NCBI GenBank assembly: GCA_965202585.1
Contig: OZ241831.1
Span: 28,582,001-28,646,000 of the forward strand
Direction: 5' to 3'
From: Thalia democratica
Taxonomy: Eukaryota
DNA: 64,000 nucleotides
Below the pieces are notes generated by a model. The model was given only the letters and a program-made list of their open reading frames with translations, made no database searches and was not told the DNA's origin. How positions within the stretch are numbered: the stretch's first letter is position 1; every line of letters begins with the position of its first letter. Made by a program: the position numbers and the translations under genes. This document shows positions 15,202-23,890 of this stretch, piece after piece.

Positions 15202-18200
15202 ATAAACTCGTCTGAAGAAAGCATCATTGAGTTGCTTCGTGACATGAATTGTTGCCAAGGAGAAAATAAATCATTTACAATTCTTAATCAATCCCAACGC
15301 GATGCCAGCAATCTAAAGGCTACAATAACTACTAAAACTCAGGTTATTTAAGATTGTATATACTTTTGCATTTGATAGTTAGGTCTTAAAGTTTTACAAT
15401 TTATATTTAACAAGAAATACACCAAACTGGTAACTCTTAATTTATTCTATTTAACATTTTTCTTTCTTTTATACAAATTTTTCTTGACATTAAACTAATA
15501 AACGTTACATCAATTTAAACGAAACACAGCAGAAAGAATAGTATCATTAATAACTTTTTTTTTTAAATCATTCACTATGTTTATTATTTTAAGGCCTTAC
15601 AAAATAATAAATAACTACAAATTTATTTTATTTAAGTGTGTTGAAAAAAAAATTGCACACATATTTATGAAGAACCCTTATTTGGTCTTCTCATTATTTT
15701 TTGTTGTTTTGTGAATATTTCAAAGTATAAAAATATCTACAATTTTTTTAATTGGTAGTGTAGTTCTCCTTAAGATTTATTTCTCTCTCTCTTTTTTCTT
15801 GTTTTATTCCGTCTATGATCCAGTGTGCAGTTCTTGAAAAATTACCATAAAAATAAGTTGTTTGTTTATATCAAGCTGTGAACTTACCAAAATAGTTTTT
15901 TGTTTGTTATCAGACAACTTTATATATCATTGCATTACATTCACTTTCCTACAACGCTTATCATTTTTCCTACGCTTATTCATTTATCTATAGATTTCGT
16001 ATATAAAGATTTTTGTCTTTAATAAATCTATAGATGGTTGTTTGTTTCACTAGTTTTTGTTTATACTTTACTGATTTTGTTTCATATGTTTCTTTATACA
16101 TTTATTATAATATTGTAAACACATGTTTATAAACTTAACAACGAATTAATAATTACTTAAATAGTTTGGATAAGTAGTTTTGTTATAAAAAATTATAATT
16201 GTGTCAAAATTATTTTAACAATTTATTTATTTATGTAGGCTTAATATAAGTCTAAATTTAATGAAACTCAAGAAACAAAAATAAGCATTATTTAGCCACT
16301 TTTAGTTAGCTTCAAGTGTTTAATTTGTGTTCAACTAATAAATTGTTACGGTGTACAATAAAATAAAATTTATTTCAGATATCTGGAAACAAAAAACATA
16401 ACAAACTCCAAAACAACAAAAAGATGAAAAATGAAAGTTGTAAGTTGTCTAAAAAAGGTAATATAAATGGCGATAAAAAGTCCAAAACTAAGTCAGTTTT
16501 AATTATTTTTCGAATAAAAAATGTTATATACTAACAAAGTTTTGTATTTAGAAAAGGAAGCCCGAGTCAAAAAGCTGAACAAGTTAACTTAACAAGTAAA
16601 TTATTTTAAGCTTTATTAATAACAAGCTTTCAAATACTATATAAATCTTTATTTTTAGCTAGTGTACTACAACATCAAAATTCCTTACTGAGAAATGACC
16701 TGAAAGTTTTAAAAAATAAACTCGAAAACACATTACAAGTAAACAAAGTTTTAAATCAGCAAAATGGAAACTTAAATGTGAGTTAGAGTTTTATAATTAA
16801 TAAGTGTTTTACTATTTACTTATATTAGGCTTGTATAAGTATTTTTAAGTATTTTATTGATTGGTACAAAGTAAGGAACGACAATTTTTTTGTTTTACTT
16901 TAATAAAGATTCTTTTGCTGTAATTCAATAACATATATGATTATTTTGTCCAAACATTTATTATACTTTTTTTATAAGTTTAGGAAATACCGAATTTAAA
17001 AAATAGTTTTAATATACAGGCAGACTTAGTCAAAATTAAAATAGAGTTAGAAAATGAAAAAGTAAACATCAGTGCAAAAGAAAATCATTTTCAAAATGAA
17101 ACTTTAGTAATCAAAAGAGGTATATATATATTTTTTAAATTAAACTATAGCTATAATGTGGAAATTTGTTATCATATATTCCAGTGAACTTGCTTCGCTA
17201 GGACCTCTATTGACAAACGATTAACTTTAAATTTTGAATGTTTATCTTTTATATGAGTATAAATTACTAATTGGTTGTCTTTAATGAATTAAAGTGATAA
17301 AGTATTTGTACTAGTATATATTTGTCAAGCTATATGAACTTTTTTTTTCAATTCGAACAAATTAAAACCAGTATACTATTATATAAGATATAAGTTCATA
17401 TTTTTTGTCTAACTATTGAAAAATATTAATTTAAGCGTTTTTAACAAAGGTCCGTTCACTGGAATATACAATACTAATAACAGATTATACAGTATTTATT
17501 CTTTATTACACTAACACATGTTTACTAACTCGTTAACACACAGAACCATGTGTTGGTGTAATAAATAATACTATTTAACTTGTTATAATTATTTTCTTTT
17601 TTGTAATTTTGTTTTGAATTAATATTTTTAAAGAAATTTGAAAGGTATAAAAAGTGTTTACTTTGCTGAAAAAACGTTCAAATGATTTATAGGATTAAAT
17701 TCTAGTATTGTTCAGTTTTTAGATAATTAGTTTCTAGTTTAACAATAACAATAGACTTAATCAATATTTATAAACAAAACTAAATTTTTGGCCAATTTTT
17801 GCGAATCTTCTATTAAGAAATTCTAATACATTATATTAAATATATTATATCAATAAACAAAAACTCTTACTAGAAGTTTCAGTGGTCACAAATAAAATAT
17901 GGAATTAAAACACTTTATAAATAAAAACAGCTTGTTTATCTGGTTATATAGCTTCTTGTTTTATTCTCTTTATATTTCAAACCAGTCTACTTAAAAAAAA
18001 AAATATTTTCTACTTTTTATTTTTATTTTAGCTTAAGATTTCTTAAACCAATTTGGAAGGTATAAAAAACACTGCTTTTGTTCAAAATTGTTTTTCAAGC
18101 TGTACAAGTGTACATGTACTCAAAAATGATTATTTTCTAAAACTATACATTTAACTAAACAAATTAAAGTAAAAAATAAGTAGGTATTTGATATATATTT

Positions 18201-21200
18201 ATATTTTAACTATAAAGTTATTTTTATTTTTTTTCAAATTCTTACATTTATTGTACTTACGAATTCTTTTGAATTTTTGTAAACAAAGACTACTACTTAA
18301 ATTTTCAATAGTTAAGTTCAACATTAATTCAAAAATTAACTATTATAGACAACAACTGTTTTATTTAGTTACAACTAAAATATATTTAACAAAATGATTA
18401 ATTCAATCTCTTTACAAACATCCATGCAAACTTTTAAATTTTTCACAATTCACTTGGTTTCCATTCCCATCATGAAGATCGCCTTCCTAGCAGCCGATTC
18501 CCTCGCCTCGTGCGCCGACTTCCTTCCCCTGCCGTCGCCCGCGATCACAAACTCGCTACTTCCCTTACCCAGGCACCTGCTCACCACTACGCAGTCGTGC
18601 AGCTCCTGGTGGCACATTATCTTGTCCGTGTGGAAGGCGTGCGGCCACTTGGCCATTTCGGAGAAGCTTTCCAATCGCTTCTTTGCAGGAACTTTGTCGT
18701 CTTCTTCTTGACCGCACAAATTTCTCAGCATCGATTTCGCCGCTGACTCCTCAGCGCACTGTCTGCTGCGCATCGGCACCAGCGACACCGACTCCGCCAT
18801 GTCGAAGTCCACTTCTCCCAACCTCGCCAAGTTCTCCTTCGCTTGCGCTTCGTCCTCTGCAGGAAGCGGCGACAAGTCGACGACGGAATCCGGAAGGAGA
18901 ATGTCTACGTCATCGTTGCTCTCCAGCGTCAGCTTGCTGCGCACGAATGACGTCACAGTGGTTGTGTAAGGAGAACTCCTCCCGTAGATCGGGATGGTGC
19001 CGCCGTTCGCCACACAGTGTTCCTTCAGCGCGCGCTTGTAGTCGCGCCTGCGCATCTTGTGGAAGTTCTTATGGTCCTGCAAGCACGCTTGCGCCGCCTC
19101 CACTTCCGCCTCCCTCCGTTCCTTCTTGCTAGACACTTTTGCGTCGACAAAAACGTCTTTTTTCGTGGCGCACGGCGTGAACAACTGCAGCGTGCTGACG
19201 TACACGTGCTTCTGGGAGAAGGGTGCGACGTGGTAGACCGGGGGAAGCCCCGTTTTGGCGCGGCACAGCAGGTCGAGGCTCTTGCACGGGTCGATTTCAT
19301 CGATCAGCGCTCCCTGCTGCTTGAGCGCCTGCACCGCCGCCGCCTCGATCGCGTCCTCCTCCGTCATCTTCGGCTGCCGGTTCATCGCCGCGAACCTGGC
19401 CGTGAACTTGACCTGGCAGTAGAACTTTCCTTTCTTGTGCTCGACGTCGAAGCTCGCGTCGTAATCCGGGTTCTGCGCTTTCAAAGCCTGCCTCAGCTTG
19501 TCCTGGAAGTATCCTTTTCCCCCGCCGCCGCTGCTCGAAGAACCTTCCTTTTTCCCGCCGTTACCATTTCTGCTTCTTGATCCCGTGCTTTTGTTTCCAC
19601 CGCCGTTGCCAGTTTTGCTGGAACAGGAAAACGACGCGCTGTCCGTGCTTTTTTGCCGTTTTATCAATTTGAAAAGAGACTCCTGGGATGACTTCAAACG
19701 TTGTTTTAAGCATTGTTTCAAATTCTGCGAGTTTTTATGAACTTGGGTAAGCGCACAAAGTTTTAGATTTTCGCTTTTCATGTTACTTGTTTGTGTAGTT
19801 TTCACCGGCGCGGATTTTGTGCGACGAACAGACAATTTTTCTGGCCTACCATAGTTGTTTTCCTTACAAAACGGCATTTCTTTTTTATCAATTTTCGACA
19901 GAACACCGTTCGCGTCGCCCAAAAGTATGTTGAGGTTGGCGCATTTGACGTGCCGCAGCTTGTCTTCGGTCGAGCTTAAAGAACCGAGCTCGCACAGCTT
20001 GTCGTCCCTCAGCAGCTGGAACATGTGCTCGAAGTTCTCGTCCAAGCGGTCCCGGTTGCACATGTAACCCGGGCAGTGCATCATCTCGTTACGGACGTCG
20101 GCCAGCTTTCTGACGGTTTGAATGTCCTCGATGAAGTCGTCGCACGTCCTGTTGCTTTTTATGTAGAGCAAAAGCGCGGCCGCGTCGAACGACTTCCAGC
20201 TGCTGCCCCTGGGAAGCATGTTGCCCCCGGTCATGTACACCCGCGCCATGTCCCATGGGCCCTGGTCGGGACAGTGCCACTTGGTCGGGTCGGAGAACTT
20301 GAGCGCGTGGCCGGCCAGCCACTTGACAGAGGCGTTCTGGTTCCGGTGCTGCTTGCGCATCTCGCGCGCCCATTGCCAGTAAAAGTGCTTTTCCCGCTGC
20401 TTGGCGCTCATGCCTCGCAGCTTGTGCACTTCTTCTTTCGTGAACCTCTTGTTGTTTTGTGACTCTCGGACGCGGTCGAACTTGGCAAAGCTCTTTTCCA
20501 CGGCGCAAGTTATGTGCGGTGCGAGAAACTCCATGCACACTTTCAGGCCGAGGCAGATGCGCAGCCAGTTCTTGAACTCGTCTTTTCCCGCCAGTTCGTG
20601 CCATGTGTCTTCGTCCAAATTGGTCAGCGGCGCGTTGCTCACTTTGCTGACCAGCACTGACGACGAGGTGCTGCTGGAGATGAACGAAGAGTCGCGCCTG
20701 ACCGCGTTTTGGTCCATCGCGGGAGGTTGCTTGGAAATTATTGAGCTTGTGAACGTGCTGTACTTATAGAGCTGTCCATTGGCTAGGAAAAATGACTTGT
20801 TTCTACAGAAAAGCGTGAACTTTTGGCTTGAACTTATCTTAAATGACAAACAACATTTTGTGAACATGTTAACAAACGCAGACTTTAAACGAACCGATTA
20901 CTTTGAAACTATTCCATTTTAACACGAGAAAACCAGGTAGAATTTACATAAACAGACAAAATTTTAGTAGTAGTAATTTACATACTCAAACTTGAAAAAA
21001 CTTAATCTTTTTTGACAGATTTTATTTAACCGTTTAATTGTGATGTCATCTTAAAAATTTAATGTAAAAATAGTATAAAATGATTCTATCCAAGATTTTA
21101 TTCACAAATAACGATCTTTAGAAAACCTGAATATAACATTGATATGTATTTATAATCTTTTTAAATAAAATTTTGGAAATTTGTCTTATTATATAAAATT

Positions 21201-22628
21201 AAGTTGAGAACTTTTTATAATTCATTTTGAAAATAAATTACATTAGTAAAAGTGATTATAATTAAACTTCTGTTTTCTTATTATCTAAAGCGGTATATTT
21301 TTTTAGTTTTTTTATTGGACTCTTTATACATGTTTTATGTAAACTATAATATTAATTTAGATTTTTTTTTGGAACATAAAAAAGTAGTCAGCTAAATATT
21401 AATTACAAAAACTATTAAGTTGAGCTTTTTATCAATATTATGCAGTTTTGTGCATTTATTTTTGTTATTAAAATTTAATAACTCACTCAAAAAATTTTTT
21501 ATCTCACATAAATTGTTTTTATATTATATTACTTATGTTGTTTTAAATCTTCTCTGTAATATAAAAAAATGTTTTTATCTCTTATGGGAAGTTTGAAAAG
21601 TTTTTTTTGTAAAGCATCAAAATTAATAACTTATATTAGTTATAAAACTACTTATTTATTTGATGAGTATAAAAAAAAATATTATGTTTTAATTTATCTT
21701 TCAGAGGTCGATACCGCGTTAGAAAAAATAAAAAACTTAAAAAAGAATTTAAGTAGTTGTGATAAAGAAAGAGAAAAGTTGTATAAACAAAATCTGCAAA
21801 AAGACGAAGAAGTTAACAGACTAAACCACTTAAATAAGTTTGTTTTAGTTTTAGTGTTACTTAACTGACTTTTTTATATAACATTCTGTGGATTTTAAAA
21901 AAGTTGAAATACTTTATAAAGAATTATGATAAGTATGAAACATGTACTAAAAAATATTTAAACTGTTTTTGTGAAAAATAACTTTAATAATTGAGTTGTA
22001 CCAGTGACTCTCAAATCTTAAAAAACTATCCAGTTTTAAAGTATTCTGTGCATTTCAAAATGTTTATGTGTAGTTTTTATTGTACTAATATTAAATAAAC
22101 CAAAAGTTTTTTAAAACCCAGCTGTTTGTTAGAAACTAAACAGGTATATATTTAAATCAATAAAAGTGCAGTTTATGTATATAAAAAAAATGCTGTGCTC
22201 ATAATTATATTTATTAGCTTAAAGTGAATAAAGCTTGGTTTTCACATACGCTCTTATAAAAACCTTTTTTTTTCATCAGGCAACTTCAAAGTAGCGTGGA
22301 AAGGCTTCTCGCCGATCTGCAGGAAAACCACCGCCACAAAAAGGACATGCAAGAAAAAGTCATGCTCAAACTGCACCGACCAATCAAATCGCTCCCTGAA
22401 CCTCCCAACATCGCGCATTGGTTGAGCGACGGTGGCAACATGCGCGTTTTGTACCAAGATCGAGACGAAAGCTGTTCGGGCAACTGTCAAGTTTCTCAGT
22501 CTTCAGATAATTCGACCTCGTCTTCTTGTCTGAGAGACGAGGAGCGAAATTTCAGCGACGAACTGACGATGCTCGATGAAGACATCGCTGAAATGCAGAA
22601 CAAACTCAGAAGTTTTGTCAGCCTGTAA
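15202..22628 (+). CDS. Multi-exon coiled-coil protein of unknown function. Exons 15202-15342, 16379-16491, 16552-16595, 16659-16777, 17020-17119, 21705-21837, 22280-22628; 5' end unresolved (in-frame ATG at 15244)
   Basis: All seven exons have AG/GT boundaries with mutually compatible phases and sum to 999 nt (333 codons including the stop), with no internal stop. The product has heptad-like segments (LLRNDLKVLKNKLENTLQ..., EVDTALEKIKNLKKNL..., ELTMLDEDIAEMQNKL). No family recognised. Confidence 0.8.
17177..17466. mobile_element. Small TA-flanked MITE (Tc1/mariner-like)
   Basis: ta|tattccagtgaac ... gttcactggaata|ta inverted termini. Confidence 0.5.
18450..20867 (-). CDS. Intronless 805-aa protein: CXorf38/DUF4559-like HEPN domain (aa ~88-310), Gly/Ser linker, four dsRBD-like repeats (aa ~452-520, 526-598, 609-718, 727-801)
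   Basis: Long open frame in a GC-rich island. N-terminal motifs match my recollection of CXorf38 in order: EFKNWLRICLGL (EYKNWVKAGHCL), WAREMRKQHRNQNASVKW (WKREILRHHVNRNGDVHW), PWDMARVYM (AWEVAKAFM), FDAAALLLYI (CDAVALLSLI), VRNEMMH (CRNEIMH). The C-terminal repeats begin with a helix such as DYKRALKEHC or PAKKRLESFS and end with K/R-x-x-A-[EQ]-x-x-AA-x-x-[AML] helices (KSAHEARESAARKAI, RSRQCAEESAAKSML, KERREAEVEAAQACL), typical of dsRBD helix 2. A second Met at aa 51 (20717) is an alternative start. Confidence 0.85.
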   Translation of the reverse strand: MFTKCCLSFKISSSQKFTLFCRNKSFFLANGQLYKYSTFTSSIISKQPPAMDQNAVRRDSSFISSSTSSSVLVSKVSNAPLTNLDEDTWHELAGKDEFKNWLRICLGLKVCMEFLAPHITCAVEKSFAKFDRVRESQNNKRFTKEEVHKLRGMSAKQREKHFYWQWAREMRKQHRNQNASVKWLAGHALKFSDPTKWHCPDQGPWDMARVYMTGGNMLPRGSSWKSFDAAALLLYIKSNRTCDDFIEDIQTVRKLADVRNEMMHCPGYMCNRDRLDENFEHMFQLLRDDKLCELGSLSSTEDKLRHVKCANLNILLGDANGVLSKIDKKEMPFCKENNYGRPEKLSVRRTKSAPVKTTQTSNMKSENLKLCALTQVHKNSQNLKQCLKQRLKSSQESLFKLIKRQKSTDSASFSCSSKTGNGGGNKSTGSRSRNGNGGKKEGSSSSGGGGKGYFQDKLRQALKAQNPDYDASFDVEHKKGKFYCQVKFTARFAAMNRQPKMTEEDAIEAAAVQALKQQGALIDEIDPCKSLDLLCRAKTGLPPVYHVAPFSQKHVYVSTLQLFTPCATKKDVFVDAKVSSKKERREAEVEAAQACLQDHKNFHKMRRRDYKRALKEHCVANGGTIPIYGRSSPYTTTVTSFVRSKLTLESNDDVDILLPDSVVDLSPLPAEDEAQAKENLARLGEVDFDMAESVSLVPMRSRQCAEESAAKSMLRNLCGQEEDDKVPAKKRLESFSEMAKWPHAFHTDKIMCHQELHDCVVVSRCLGKGSSEFVIAGDGRGRKSAHEARESAARKAIFMMGMETK

Positions 22629-23666
22629 CTTATTTTTTGATTTTTTTGATTCACTGTGAAATTATTATGCCTTTGAACTTTTATCATTCGGTACATGTAA
22701 TTTGTATATATATATATTTTTTTTTTATAATATTTTTTGTAGCTATAGAACACTAGTGTTTAGTACTTTTTAATTTCAATTAAATTATTATCGTTGTTTA
22801 TTTATCATAAGTTAAAAAAGATTGCTCAATTTACTGAAGTAAAAAGCTTTTTTAAATAGAAAAGTGCAAATTAAATAGTTGTTTATATAAACAAATTGTT
22901 TTACAATAGCCATTATTATTCGAAGAATTGTGACTATATAATTTACATTAAAATGTTTATTTAACAAACAACACTTAGAATTATAAAATATAGAAATAAT
23001 ACAAGTTAAATTTTGCTTATATGTGATTAATATTTATATGCATAAAATTTGGTAAATTAAAAAAAAAAACTTTACTACACAGTCTGTTTTATTTTTAAGC
23101 AGTTTTTTGTAACTATATTACAAATTAAAACCTATACTTTTGTTGAAAAAGAAAATTATAGTAATATATAAGTAGTTTTTTGAGGTGTTTAACCATTAAA
23201 TTTTTCTGCCATTTTAAAAGTAATCCGCGATCTTAACTTATGATACTACTGTTTAAAATACTTGCACTAGATTACTAGACCATCTAGTTAAGTTAGTAGT
23301 GGTATAGTAAAAATAGCAGAAAATAGGAGTTGATATTAAGACAATTTTACTCATAAATATGGTTTTCAAACTAAGTTATTGCTACCTTTAAAAACTGTTT
23401 GTACCTAATTTCTAAAAAAAATTGAAGTTGTAAAGTGAACTTATTCTATAATTTCATGTCATATAGTGTTACTTTTAGTTTTACATAGTGGTCTTCCGGA
23501 TCCAGTTTTTTGATAAGATTCAACTTAAGAGGTGAAAAATACAAAAGTAAGTACATTTTAGAAATAAAACGCTATAATAAAAATACTAGCACTCAATTTA
23601 TAACAGAAAGTCCGCCAAGAGTCAAAATCTCTGAGCAACAAGCTCAAACAAACACACACTACAAGA

Positions 23667-23890
23667 CAGTGGCGACGCTTTGATTTTTTTTTAGGGGTGC
23701 GAAAAGTTTACAAGTATTAAAAGAAAATCTTTACTTGATATTTGGAAAAACTAATTTAGTAAAATAAAAATATTGCAAGTCGTTTGTTAACAAATTTTAT
23801 TTCGAAAATGATAAACTTAACAGTTGCTTATAACTACAAGAAATTGTAATATTTATGTAGGAGTAACATCTGCTACACGCGACGCCCCTG
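23667..23890. mobile_element. Small hAT-like MITE
   Basis: cagtggcgacgc ... gcgacgcccctg termini; flanks ctacaaga / ctactata only partially match. Confidence 0.55.

Noticed and set aside
18394-20769. Many overlapping ORFs on both strands (e.g. 18683-19132, 19017-19580, 20025-20462, 20089-20604)
   Set aside because: Shadow ORFs of a GC-rich coding region: stop codons are rare in the alternative frames and the translations have no recognisable motifs.
18450-20867. Bacterial horizontal-transfer origin for the GC-rich ORF
   Set aside because: The closest family I recognise (CXorf38/DUF4559) is metazoan, and other exons in the window are also GC-rich; composition alone cannot support HGT.
20880-20950. 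Possible interferon-response (ISRE-like) site upstream of the HEPN-dsRBD gene
   Set aside because: Only a half site (tttgaaact); expected by chance in AT-rich DNA.
21569-21704. N-terminal part of the 99-aa ORF 21569-21868
   Set aside because: AT-rich intron sequence read through in frame; the real exon starts at the AG acceptor, 21705.
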